Shown: positions 14,307 through 26,760, counted from the stretch's first letter. The stretch: 64,000 nt of DNA from Eledone cirrhosa (GCA_964016885.1 OZ024743.1:366296001-366360000); one strand, 5' to 3'. Translations and numbers: made by a program. The notes: generated from the letters alone by a model not told the origin.

Positions 14307-17121
14307 GATCCGGGGAACACACAAGCCAGGTAGATTATATCCTTACCAGAAGACGTGACAGAGTGTCTGTTGTAAACACTAAATCCCTCCCCCATGAAGA
14401 ATGCACCTCCCAACATAGACCTCATAGTCAGGACGAGACGTACTCGACAGCAGAAGAGGACTATCCTCAGGAGAAAAATATGGAAGCTAAAGGACCCCAC
14501 AGCCAGGAATAAATTTCAAAGCATATTACTTGATGCTTTCGACAGTAAGGAAGAACATTTAGAGTCGGACAATATAGAGGGAGAGTGGGAATTTCTGAAA
14601 GCAAACCTGCTGTTGGCGACAGACGAAGTCTGTGGCTGGAGCAGGCCTGTAGGCAGGAGGAGAGTAACATGGTGGTGGAACAGTAAAGTGGAGGGGTCAA
14701 TTAAGGCCAAAAAGCAGGCTTGGAAAGTATGGCGGGATGGGGGAAGTAGAGAAGACTATCAAGTGGCCAGGAGGGAAGCTAGGAGACAAGTGTACTTAGC
14801 AAGAAGGGAAGCTGAGGAAAGAAAGTTCAAGCATGTTCTACAACGCGATGACCAAAAACGTGAGGTGTTCAGGATTGCTAGGCAATGCGTCAAGGAAAAC
14901 CGTGATATTGTCGGAGAAGTGTGTACTAAACGACGATGGCACACTTGCCATCACCGACGCTGATAAGAAGGTAGCTTGGAAGTGTCACTATGAAAGGCTA
15001 CTAAATGAGGAGAATAAATGGGAGAAAGACAGTCTCCCCCATATCGACCCAATAGAGGGACCAGCAGTGTTAGTCGAGGGGAGTATAATAAGTAAGGCAA
15101 TCAAGGATATGAAGACGGGTAAGGCGGCTGGGCCTTCGGAAATAGTTGCTGAGATGCTGAAGGCATCTGGCACGGTGGGACACACCATGGTCACCCGCAT
15201 AGTTAACCAAGTCGTACAAAATGGGGTTGTTCCGAAGGACTGGCATAGCAGCATCATCGTTAACTGTTATAAGGGTAAAGGAGACGCCCTAGATAGGAGT
15301 AACTATAGAGGCATTAAATTAATCGACCAGGTCATGAAGGTCACGGAAAAAGTAATAGCGCAACTAATCAGAGAGAGAATTGACCTAGATGAAATGCAGT
15401 TCGGGTTTGTGTCAGGCAAAAGTACCACAGACGCTCTTTTCATAGTACGACAACTACAGGAGAAGTACCTAGCTAAAGGTAAACCCCTCTACTTAGCTTT
15501 TGTCGACTTGGAGAAAGCCTTCGACAGAGTCCCCCGCTCCATTATCTGGTGGGCTCTTAGAAAACTAGGCGTTGACGAATGGCTTGTGAGGGCTATACAA
15601 GCCATGTATAAAGAAACAGTCAGCAAGGTTAGAATTAACAACGAATATAGTGAAGAGTTTAGCGTAAAAGTCGGCGTCCATCAGAGCTCTGTTCTCAGCC
15701 CACTACTATTTATTATTGCCCTTCAGGCTATAACAGAGGAGTTCAAGACAGGCTGCCCATGGGAACTCCTATACGCAGACGACCGGACACTCATAGCGGA
15801 ATCAATGGCCGAGCTAGAGAAGAAATTCCAAACATGGAAGCACGGCCTAGAGTCAAAAGGACTTAAAATTAACCTGGCTAAGACCAAAGTACTAGTTTGT
15901 AGGAAAGAAAACAAGGCGGCGGTCCCTTCTGGGAAATGGTCGTGCTCGGTGTGTAGGAAAGGCGTAGGTAGAAACTCCATTTTATGTCCTAAATGCAAAG
16001 TATGGGTGCATAAAAGATGTAGTGGGATCACAGGTAAGCTAACTAAGAACATAGATTTTACATGTGGCCGGTGCTCTGGTGCAATAAGTAGCAGCAAGTG
16101 CCCACAAAATACTAGCTCTTTCAATTGCGCAGAGGGTTCTATAGAAATAGTGGACAGCTTCCGTTACCTGGGCGATAAAATCAGCAGTGGGGGAGGGTGC
16201 TCTGAAAGTACTGTAGCTAGAGTCAGAACTGGTTGGAAAAAGTTCAGAGAGCTTATACCACTATTAGCTGCTAAAGGGTTCTCACTAAAAATGAAAGGCA
16301 GGTTGTACGATGCCTGCATACGAACAGCAATGCTGCATGGCAGTGAGACCTGGGCATTGTGTGCAGAGGATATACGCAGACTAGAGAGGAACGAAGCTTG
16401 CATGCTCCGCTGGATGTGTAACAGTAATATACGTGAACGGCAAAGCATAAACGAACTAAGGAAAAAATTAGAGATAAGAGGGATCAGATGTTGTTTACTC
16501 GAGAGAAGGCTACGTTGGTATGGACACGTGATGCGCATGAAAGTCGATAGCTGTATAACAAAGTGCAGGGCAATAAAGATAGACGGTAGTCACGGAATAG
16601 GCAGACCTAGAAAAACCTGGGACGAGCTGATAAATTCCGACCTCACACACTTACACCTCTCCAAGACAATGTCACTGGACCGAGACCTTTGGCGGTACTC
16701 AGTAACAGAGAAGACCCGCCTTACCTAAATATATAGTAAAACCTACTCCAGCCAGTAGGCATCTCTAACAAAATACACCCCGTCCCACCACCACCACCCC
16801 CACCTCATCCACACCACCCCGTTCTATGTAAAGTTATGTTGGTGCCGCGCCATCGAGGCCGAAACAAATGAGATCGTGTAGGTGTCACGACAAAAAAACA
16901 CACAGTCCACGCTGTAATGTGGCCGTGTAGGCAACACGGTAAAAACCTCCCAGACCCACACTGTAAATGTGGTTGGTGTTAGGAAGGGCATCCAACTGTA
17001 GAAAACCTGCCAGACAGTCCTATGCGAGCAAGACAATCACTCTTGCCTCAAGTGGGACTACCCCCGTCCAAACCCATGCAAGCGTGGAACACGGACGTTA
17101 AACGTTGATGATGATGATGAT
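14307..17121 (+). mobile_element. RTE LINE family A, 5'-truncated
   Basis: End of the APE domain, linker, RT, ~390-bp 3' UTR and (GAT)n tail. Near-identical to 43191-45935 in the opposite orientation. Confidence 0.96.
14394..16728 (+). pseudogene. RTE ORF (linker, RT with PHD-type insert), frameshifted near 14915
   Basis: RT motifs [21 protein letters not shown] (G>S relative to HQGS in sister copies), YADD and FRYLG. A 2-nt deletion splits ORFs 14394-14963 and 14833-16728. Confidence 0.92.
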
Positions 17122-17126
17122 ATATA

Positions 17127-17780
17127 GCGGCGATGAATTAGTTTTGCGAGGTTTTTTATATGAAATCGTGTGTCGAAACAAATATTGTTATACTTGGGGA
17201 GGGTCATATTTGTGTAATATTGCCAGAATTAATAACAGAACACACTCACTGTTTGGTTGGTTTTTGCTTCTCGCTTCTGTGTCTTTTATATCGGTAATCT
17301 AACTTACTCTAACGGAAATAAATAAATAAATAAATAAATAAATACATACACAAGCACATAAATACACACTAGTCACCCATCACAAAGCAAACAAAACACT
17401 ATACACACACGCAAACGCATGCGCAAAGAAGACAAAATAAAATAAACAAACAAGCAAATAAATAAATAAATATATAGACAGACTGAATAAAAATGGCGTA
17501 GACATACAATACAACAGGAGGAAAATATAGCACCACTGACGATGTTGCAGATGTGCAACGAAAGATTTATGATAAACTATATATATGTGTTTGTGTCTAT
17601 ATTGTATCTGTATTATTTTTGACCGTCGGTCAGTCAATAGCAACATTGAGGACCGAGTAAGTTAGATTACCGATATAAAAGACGCAGAAGCGAGAAGCGA
17701 AAACCAACCAAACAGTGAGTGTGTTCTGTTATTAATTCTGGCAATATTACACAAATATGACCCTCCCCAAGTATAACAGT

Positions 17781-17782
<2 letters not shown>
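17127..17782 (+). mobile_element. HHR-bearing non-coding element with inverted terminal duplication (PLE pLTR-like)
   Basis: 128-bp inverted repeat 17182-17309 / 17655-17782 with a few mismatches, around a spacer carrying a hammerhead motif. TA-bounded. Confidence 0.65.
17525..17582 (+). ncRNA. Type I hammerhead ribozyme motif (partly decayed)
   Basis: ACCA-CUGACGA-U-GUUGCA(GAUG)UGCAAC-GAAA-GAUU-UA-UGAU. Intact core and 6-bp stem II, but stems I and III are weak; outer AUAUAG/CUAUAU pairing. Confidence 0.6.
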
Positions 17783-17811
<29 letters not shown>

Positions 17812-17881
17812 ATCAAGGTTTAGCAAATAGAGAAGAAGTTTTTAAATAAATTTTAAAAAGTTTACTGTACTTACTATATTT

Positions 17882-17965
17882 ACCCTTACCGCGCGGTTCC
17901 AAGTCTCAAAATAAATGGATAATCCATGCGGCACACCATTGAGAAGGAGACTTTCATCAGAGGGT
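17882..17965 (-). ncRNA. Type I hammerhead ribozyme motif with A13G core change
   Basis: ACCCU-CUGAUGA-AAGUCUC(loop)GAGACUU-GGAA-CCGCGCGG-UA-AGGGU. Stems I and II are perfect, stem III is the palindrome ACCGCGCGGU, and the site is GUA. Confidence 0.8.
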
Positions 17966-18067
17966 TCTTCTCGAGTTCAAATCACGAACTTCCGCCATAC
18001 AGAACTGTTCCCGGATGAGAGTGTATGATGAAGAAACAATCTTGTCTAGTGCCGTGTATATATATAT

Positions 18068-18427
18068 ACAAAATACTCTCTAACAAAATACACCCCGTCC
18101 CACCACCCCCACCCCATCCACACCACCCCGTTCTATGTAAAGTTATGTTGGTGCCGCGCCATCCAGGCCGAAACAAATGAGATCGTGTAGGTGTCACGAC
18201 AAAAAACACACAGTCCACGCTGTAATGTGGCCGTGTAGGCAACACGGTAAAAACCCCCCAGACCCACACTGTAAATGTGGTTGGTGTTAGGAAGGGCATC
18301 CAACTGTAGAAAACCTGCCAGACAGTCCTATGGGAGCAAGACAATCACTCTTGCCTCAAGTGGGACTACCCCCGTCCAAACCCATGCAAGCGTGGAACAC
18401 GGACGTTAAACGTTGATGATGATAATG

Positions 18428-18429
<2 letters not shown>
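18068..18429 (+). mobile_element. Isolated 3' UTR of RTE family A
   Basis: Near-identical to 16762-17121; TA-bounded. Confidence 0.92.
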
Positions 18430-18499
<70 letters not shown>

Positions 18500-18531
18500 T
18501 TACATATATATACATATATATATATATTTAC

Positions 18532-18562
<31 letters not shown>

Positions 18563-18602
18563 CGATATTAACAAATGGAAACTATATTTATAAAACCATA
18601 TT

Positions 18603-18667
18603 TATTTCATTATACATATTTCAAGGACACCAAGTTAAATTACGGTGTGCTTTCATCAGATAAAATA
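18603..18667 (-). ncRNA. Type I hammerhead ribozyme motif, intact core
   Basis: UAUUUUAU-CUGAUGA-AAGCACACC(12 nt)GGUGUCCUU-GAAA-UAUGUA-UA-AUGAAAUA. 8-bp stem I, 8 of 9 pairs in stem II, near-palindromic stem III, AUA site. Confidence 0.82.
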
Positions 18668-19067
18668 TAATATAGAGCAGTTTTATAAATAAATATTGAC
18701 ATACCCTTAAAGAATGCAACCATTACTGTTGGAATCTCTTGGATAGTGGAGTTATAACTTTAATTATATTATTAGGTAAGTTAGTATTGGATATTTTTAA
18801 ATAAGCCGTTGGGTTACGGAGAAAGAGCAGAACAACAGAGAGAAAAAGATAGAGAGAGAGGAGACAGAGAAAGGAGAGAGACCGGAAACTCTAAGTCATA
18901 TCTTGTTGAGTTATCTTAACATTTGAGATGAAATGAATAAATAAAATTAGAAATGTTAATAATCATGAATGGAATATTTTTACTCCAAATATTTGTTGAG
19001 TGCTTTATATCAGTTATAAAAATATTTGCTTGTTGTATCCCAACAATTTAAATAGAACTTTTATAAT

Positions 19068-19383
19068 GGAGGCACGTGGCTTAGTGGTTAGAGCATTGGC
19101 CTTGCAATCGAAAGGTTGTGAGTTCAATTCTCAGACCGGGTGATGTGTTGTTTCTTTGAGCAAGGCACTTTATTTCACATTGCTCCAGTTTACTCAGCTG
19201 TAGTCCCTATCATTCCACTGCAAAGTGGTTGTGTAGGTGCCACGACAAAAAAGCACCCAGCACTCACTGTAAATGAGGTTGGTGTTAGGAAGGGCATCCA
19301 GCTGTAGAAATCAAGCCAGAATCAGTTCCCGTCCCACCCTTGCAAGCAAGGAAAAAGCGGACGTAAAATGAAATGATGATGAT
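19068..19383 (+). mobile_element. tRNA-derived CORE-like SINE family 2 with RTE-derived tail
   Basis: A-box TGGCTTAGTGG, B-box GTTCAATTC and a CORE-like segment CTTTGAGCAAGGCACTTTATTTCACATTGCTCCAGTTTACTCAGCTGTA. The tail matches the RTE 3' UTR at ~39825-39900 and ends in (GAT)n. Confidence 0.88.
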
Positions 19384-19456
19384 ATATATATATGCATATA
19401 TATACATATATATATATATATATACATATATACTTATATATATATATATACATATC

Positions 19457-20010
19457 TGTTAGAACACGAAAAGTGTGAAACAACAGAATGTTCACTTTTC
19501 GTGTTCTAACATATATGCCTAGCTTCTTTAAAAATTTTTCGGGGATAGCCGTGGTGGTGGTGATCGTATGTCATTGGCTAATTTTCAACCAATCAGAGTA
19601 CCTCTCTCTATATCTCTTCCACTGTTACTTACGCCTGTTTCTCTCTATCTGTTCCGTCTCTATATATATCTCTTACTCTTTCGCTTTGCACTCCTCCCCT
19701 TCAATACCATCTCTCCCCCTCTCTATATATTTGTTACTCTATCGCTGCACGCTCCTCTCCTTCAATATATCAATTACACACGCTTTACACTCCTTTATCC
19801 CCAGCGCCCCTATATATACACCCCCCCTCTCCCGCATCTATATTTTAATGTACCGTTGCACCGTGAATATATGTGTCTATATATATATACATATATATTG
19901 TATATACACATTCATGTATGTGTATACACACTCATGTATGTATATACACTGGTTTTATGTGTGTATTGTAAATTTGTACTGTTAAAACACGAAACTAACA
20001 TTCGATTGAC
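19457..20010. mobile_element. Candidate non-autonomous DNA element (HINE/DINE-like layout)
   Basis: Perfect 19-bp hairpin at 19457-19511, an internal CT/TA-rich tract, and GTTAAAACACGAAACTAACATTC at 19981-20003 as an imperfect inverted copy of the left end. Confidence 0.4.
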
Positions 20011-20741
20011 ACTTTGATTACCTGTACAAGCAATAGTTATTAGAATGCTGTTGAAGTGTGTATATATTTTTGGGGGACATCCTGTATATACACACATTAT
20101 ATATAATACAATAAACAGATAAATACACACATATATATATGAGCTTATTTAATTATAAATATTGTGAATTTTTAACTCAGTTCAATTATATATATAAATG
20201 GCTTCTTCAGGACTAGAACTGTTTCATTCGAAAGAAATCATCATAATATTGAGAGGGGGGACTAGATAAAATATTTCAAAGCAGACGATAGAATTAAGGC
20301 AATTTAAATTTTAAGCATTTGCATTTTTGCCTTTCATCGTTACGGGGTCGATAAAATAAAGTACCAGTAATACACTGTCACTAGACGACTTTCAAATTGA
20401 ATTGTTGGTTCCATTTCTTTAGTATTTTCAATTGTAGTTATCTACTTAAAAAGCGTTACACGGTTAGAGACATAATTCGTAAGTTATATCTTCCCTATTA
20501 AACCATTGCATTATTTCGCCTACAATAGAACAAAAATGAAATGTTCTTTAAAGAAACAGGAATATAACTTTATAAAAAAAAAAGTTGCATCCGCTTCTTT
20601 TATCATTGATAATTTTTTCGTTTTAATATTAATTGTTTTTTGTAGTTGTTTATATTAAAAATCTTACTGTAATATTTACTTAAACGAAGGCAAACATCTA
20701 AACTTATAGATTAATCTTGAGCGAAGGACTAGATAAATCTC

Positions 20742-20808
<67 letters not shown>

Positions 20809-21927
20809 GAAGAATGATAAAATTTCAAGCAAAGAGTTTAATTAGGTATATTTTGTAATATTATTAACTAATTATTATAATTAACGCGCATATTTTGCTA
20901 TCCTCAAACACGTTTACACATGGCATGAAATATAACTAATCCGAGATGGCTAGGTTTCATCTTCTAACTGGATATACGAAATCCATTATGTCTTGACAAC
21001 AACATGAGGTAACATTATGTTATTCACAGACACACTTTGTACACTGTTCCATATCAGAATGTATTTCCTTCGTCACATTCACAAACAGTATTGAAAATAT
21101 GTTCTTCGGCAAATAAAAATGTTTTGTTCATAATATTTCAACGAGCGATTGCTCTACTCCACGCACGACCACCATAAATTAATGACCAGCTCAACACAAG
21201 TATTGGTAGAGCGTCAGACACCATGCTTTGCAGTATTGTTATGGTCCTTTGCATTCTAAGTTCAAATCCTGCCGAGGTTAACTTCGACTTTCATACTTAC
21301 TAATTCGATAAAATAAAGTACCAGTAATGGACTGCCGTAATGGATTTGTGCCGAAAAATAGAAACACTATTAATGTGCAATAAGAGCAAAATATAACGAC
21401 ATTGCTCAATTATTTTATCTAATGTTGTAATAACACAAGGAAATGTTGTTTGTGTATTTTTTTTTATATTTGCTCATAGGCTTTTACAATTTCGCTCAGC
21501 CAACAACTATTAAAAAGTGAGTTGCTTAAGATAACAATTTAATCACAAATTGTTGCTATCTTTTAATACACTCCAACAAGTCATCAAATTATGTACAATA
21601 AAAACAAATCTTATTAATTTGCTCAGGGAATATAAAGAAAATGTATATACACTGATAATTGCAATTGTATGTAAATATTTTGTTTTTGTATTGTATATTT
21701 TATGTTTTCTATTATGTATAATATATTGATTTAATATTGATTGTTTTTTGTAGTTGTTTATATTAAAAGTCTGAAAATATTTTTATACATCTTACACTAA
21801 TATTTATAAGATAATTTATAATAACAATTACATAATCTAATTACATTACAACGATAATTTATTATTAATATATATCCTGTTTAACTAGAGTTATTACAAG
21901 CGTTGCCTTAAAAAAATATTAAACTAG

Positions 21928-22767
21928 ACATGAAAAATGCGCAAGCTCAAAAGTGCCACAGAATGTTATAATAAACCTTCAAAAGTGTGGGACTAGAGTT
22001 GTTGCTAAAAAATATTGTAATCATTATATATCGTACATTCTGTGGCATCCTTTATAAAAATAGCTTAAACCAACGAAGCCTTTATTTTTACGCTATTTCA
22101 CTTAGTTAATTCTTAGAGTGTAACATATAAAAATAAATACATCTATGTTTAATGTAATAACAGCTATAAATAATTACGTAATATTATTATCATATACTCA
22201 TAGTAACAAAATAATTGTGTTGAAACTTAATATGATGCTTATATGAACGATCAAATCTATAATGATAATTTCTTAAATATACTAATAGTAAAATAATTTA
22301 GTTATCTATTGTTACATTTTCATAGAACTATAATATTAACAATCGTATTGCATTATCAAATTTTTATCACTACAAACTTTCATATTGGAATTACCACTTA
22401 TTATTACTTCGCTTTCGTACTTTTACAGCTGTAGATATTGCGCTGTATCTTATATCTAATATCAATATCTCGTGGTAATTTGCATGAAGTGTAAAATAGG
22501 TTTATTAATAATATTACGTAATTATTTATAGCTGTTATTACATTAAACATAGATGTATTTATTTTTATATGTTACACTCTAAGAATTAACTAAGTGAAAT
22601 AGCGTAAAAATAAAGGCTTCGTTGGTTTAAGCTATTTTTATAAAGGATGCCACAGAATGTACGATATATAATGATTACAATATTTTTTAGCAACAACTCT
22701 AGTCCCACACTTTTGAAGGTTTATTATAACATTCTGTGGCACTTTTGAGCTTGCGCATTTTTCATGT
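21928..22767. repeat. 262-bp inverted repeat with 316-bp spacer
   Basis: 21928-22189 is the reverse complement of 22506-22767; no mismatch seen by eye. Confidence 0.93.
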
Positions 22768-22888
22768 TATATATATATACCCTTGCAAGCAGGAAAAAAG
22801 CGAACGTAAAATGAAATGATGATGATGAATGATATATATACATTATATATATATACATATATATATATATGTATATATATGTATACAT

Positions 22889-23553
22889 ATCATCATCATC
22901 ATCAGGTTTAGCGTCCGTGTTCCACGCTTGCATGGGTTTGGACGGGGGTTTTCCCACTTGAGGCAAGGGTGGTTGTCTTGCTCGCATAGGACTGTCTGGC
23001 GGGTTTTCTACAGTTGGATGCCCTTCCTAACACCAACCACATTTACAGTGTGGGGCTGGGAGGTTTTTACCGTGTTGCCTACACGGCCACATTACAGCGT
23101 GGACTGTCTGGCGGGTTTTCTACAGCTGGATGCCCTTCCTAACACCAACCACATTTACAGTGTGGGGCTGGGAGGTTTTTACCGTGTTGCCTACACGGCC
23201 ACATTTACAGCGTGGACTGTGTGTTTTTTGTCGTGACACCTACACGATCTCATTTGTTTCGGCCTGGATGTTGTGGGACCAACATAACTTTACATTGAAA
23301 GGGGCGGTGTGGGTGGGGTGGAGGTGGTGGGACGGGGGTGTGTTTTGATAGAGGTGCCTACTGACTGTAGTAGGTTTTTACTTTGTATTTAGGTAAGGCG
23401 GGTCTTCTCTATTACTGAGTACCGCCAAAGGTCTCGGTCCAGTGACATTGTCTTGGAGAGGTGTAAGCGTGTGAGGTCGGAATTTATCAGCTCGTCCCAT
23501 GTTTTTCTGGGTCTGCCTACTCCGTGGCTACCGTCTATCTTTATTGCCCTGCA
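22889..23553 (-). mobile_element. 3' end of RTE subfamily A2 (duplicated 3' UTR)
   Basis: Near-identical to 54024-54693, including a 112-bp tandem duplication. Encodes CRAIKIDG...EKTRLT*. Confidence 0.94.
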
Positions 23554-24019
23554 TATATACATATTAACTTTGCCTTTCATCCTTACGGGGTCAATAAAAT
23601 AAAGTACCAGTAATACACTGAATAATTGCTGGCCTTGTGCCAAAAGTAGAAACGATTATTTTAGTTTAATGTAAGAAATGTAGAGAATAATAATAATAAT
23701 ATTAATAATAATAATGTCGTTTACAATTGTTTCGCTACTCCATATAATATTTCTGGATCAAATGATTATATATCATTATTGATCTGGTTCAGTTGAAAAT
23801 AATATATATATATATATACATATATATACATATATATACATATATATATATATATAATGCCTATGTTGATATGTTGAAACACACACATGCACACACATAC
23901 ACATATGTGTGTGTATGTATATATGTGTATATATATATGTTTGTGTGTATATATATATATATGTGTGTGTGTGTGTTTGTATATGTGTGTGTGTGTGTGT
24001 TTGTATATATATATATGTT

Positions 24020-24062
<43 letters not shown>

Positions 24063-24065
24063 TTG

Positions 24066-24100
<35 letters not shown>

Positions 24101-24401
24101 ATACATATATATATATACACACACACCAAGAGAGACAGGTGCAGACCATTACAAAAATATACTCCTGCATATGTAAACAGAATATACATAGATTAGATGC
24201 TAGATCAAGGGTTCTTGATTTTCAAATTCAGTGCATGCAATCACTTTCTCCCATCTAATGACTTGGGAATTATTTTCACACAACTGTTCACTTGAAAATC
24301 TCAACTGTCTGCTGTCAATAGGCAGATGTGATGAAATTCTCTAAGAGGCTAAATCATGAATAACCCTTCTACTACTCATATAACTTCAACATAACACTAA
24401 T

Positions 24402-24438
<37 letters not shown>

Positions 24439-24647
24439 ACGCACACGCACACGCACACGCACACATTTGAATTTATGAATGAAAAGGCCTCATTATCTAT
24501 CAAGTACTGCTAGCTTGTGTATGTGTGTGTGCATACCTACATATATATATTGCATACATATGTATGTTGAAGTGTATAGAAATATATGTGGATGTATGTA
24601 GAAACATATAAGGTGGCATATGTAATAATCCTGCAAATCAATTAAGA

Positions 24648-26348
24648 TTTAGGTGCCTTTCCAGAGATCTAGGACACCTGGTACACACACATCAGCCAGA
24701 GAATACCTTCTCTATTTAAGGCTTTTAACATCTCGGGCCGGATTTCATCCTCCCCAGCAGCCTGGCCTCATTTGAGGTTTGTGACCTCAGCCTCTCGGAG
24801 ATTAGTCACCGCTCCCAGATGCACCTCATTTACACCTGAAGATGCTGTTGTGATCAGGTTTAGAAGATCAGCAAGGTATTCTCTCCACCTCGTGAATATG
24901 CGCCTCTATGAAGAAAGGAGAACTCCAGATGGATTCTTGATAGCAAATGTGGAGGAGGGCTTCTAATTACGAAGTCGGTGGGTGGTTTGCTAGAACACTT
25001 TATTTACTGATCTGAAGTCAGATTCCAGCTTAACTCTAAAGTCCTCTCATGTCTTAACTTTTCAAAAAGGGAAACAAGAGAGATTGTTCCAATTATAGAA
25101 AGATCTCCTTGTTAAGCCTCCCCGGTAAAGTCTATGCTAAGTGTCTGGCAAAAAGATGCAGCATGATTGTCAAGTCCAAGCTACCTGATGCAGCACAGCC
25201 AACCAAATATTTACACTGCAGCAGGTATTCAAGACATCATCTGGGTATTGCCATGAAGTATATTCTTTTTTTGTTGACCTTGAGAAAGCATATGACAGCA
25301 TTCCTTGGGACCTGCAGTTGAAGGTTCTGCAGGAGAATGGGATTGGTGATCAGCTCCTTGCTGCCCTGATGTCTCTATATGAATGCCCAAGTATTTGTGT
25401 TCGGATAAATGGTGCTAAATCGAAGCCATTCAATGTGGAGTCAGACTCCGCCAAGGGTGCGTATTGTCACTTCTCCTGTTCATTATTTACATGAACAGGA
25501 TTGACATGTGCAGCCAGGTTGGAAGTGGTATCATGTCTGGTGGGTGTAAAATCAGTTGGCTGGACTTTACAGATGACATGGTGTTACTCAACTTAACAGA
25601 AGATGATTTTTAACTTGCACTTGATAGGTTTGATGCTGAGTGCTGCATGCTGGAATGAAAATCAGTGCTGCAAAAACTGAGAAACTCATCCCGTTAAGGA
25701 AGCCTGCACAGTGCACTCTATATCTGAATGGAGTTCCACTGAAGCAGATCGAGACGTTCAAGTATCTTGGGCCTGTGTGCATGAGTGATGGAAGGCAGGA
25801 GGCTGAATTAAGTGCAAGAATAGCTGGAGCTGGTGCAGTAATGTGCCAGCTTCAGCATTCAGTAATCGGAAGAAGGGAGGTAGGCATAAAAGCCAAACAT
25901 GCTATCGGTATTCATGCCAACCCTTACCTGTGGTCATGAATCTTGGGTTATAACTGAAAGAATATGATCACAAATACAAGCAGCCAAAATGGGATTATCC
26001 CGAAGATCTTTGGAGTAATGTTACTCGATAAAGTGCGTGTTTGGAGATCAGAGAGCCACTACTTCTCTGAATTGAGAGATCACAGCTCCGATACTATGGA
26101 AATGTGGTTAGAATGTCTCATGAAAGAAACACTGGACAGAATTTATGGGCAAAACCAACCGGTAAGAGACCCAGGGGTAGACCCTGAGCAAGATAGTTGG
26201 ATAATATCCATGAGCTTGGCTGGTCATGCTTGAGGATCCAACCCGATCAGTTAGAGGCAGTTGCTTCTGACAGGACCCACTGGAGTGAGTGTTTGAGTAC
26301 TCTGCCTCCACGACCCTCTCAAGAATAAGTGGGCAAAGAAGAAGAATA
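24648..26348 (+). mobile_element. Old RTE-type LINE with inverted 5' segment
   Basis: The plus strand from ~25061 gives FKKGNKRDCSNYRKISLLSLPGKVYAKCL, FVDLEKAYD, RQGC, FTDD and FKYLG. The minus strand at 24648-25060 gives the upstream RWREY...GQAAGEDEIRPEMLKAL...SGKAPK. Many stops and frameshifts. Confidence 0.85.
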
Positions 26349-26760
26349 ATTGAAATTTATCCAACTGAGTGTGCTGGTAATAGATTACAAGCTGCTAACC
26401 ATTTCTGCTGGTTGTCCAATTCATGGCAGTTAACCATGTCTCTGCATAGGCCATTTGGCTATCAGTTATAAAAGTTCTCTTACATTAAAATGTGGTGAGG
26501 TTGAGTGACATGAGTGTGGTTTGGAAGAAAATAATTTGAAGATTCTGACTATCATTTCCATTGTACTCAAAATGGTAATAAGTGAGATAGCTCTTTTCAG
26601 AATGTGGTTCAAAATATTAATTTAATCACAGTTGACTAAATGAGGATTTAACTCTATTGACACATAGCCGCTTAAGACCACATCTAGTTCTATGATACAA
26701 AATTATTGATTTTAAAATAAATAAAGGAAGTATGTTTGGAACATGTTAGGCGAAGTTTGG

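Noticed and set aside
19068-19140. tRNA gene
   Set aside because: It has A/B boxes but no closed cloverleaf and continues into a SINE body and LINE tail.
20190-20250. HHR-like words on the minus strand (AUGAUGA-UUUC...GAAU-GAAA-CAG and a nearby CUGAAGA)
   Set aside because: C3 is missing and stems I and III do not close; at most a decayed relic.
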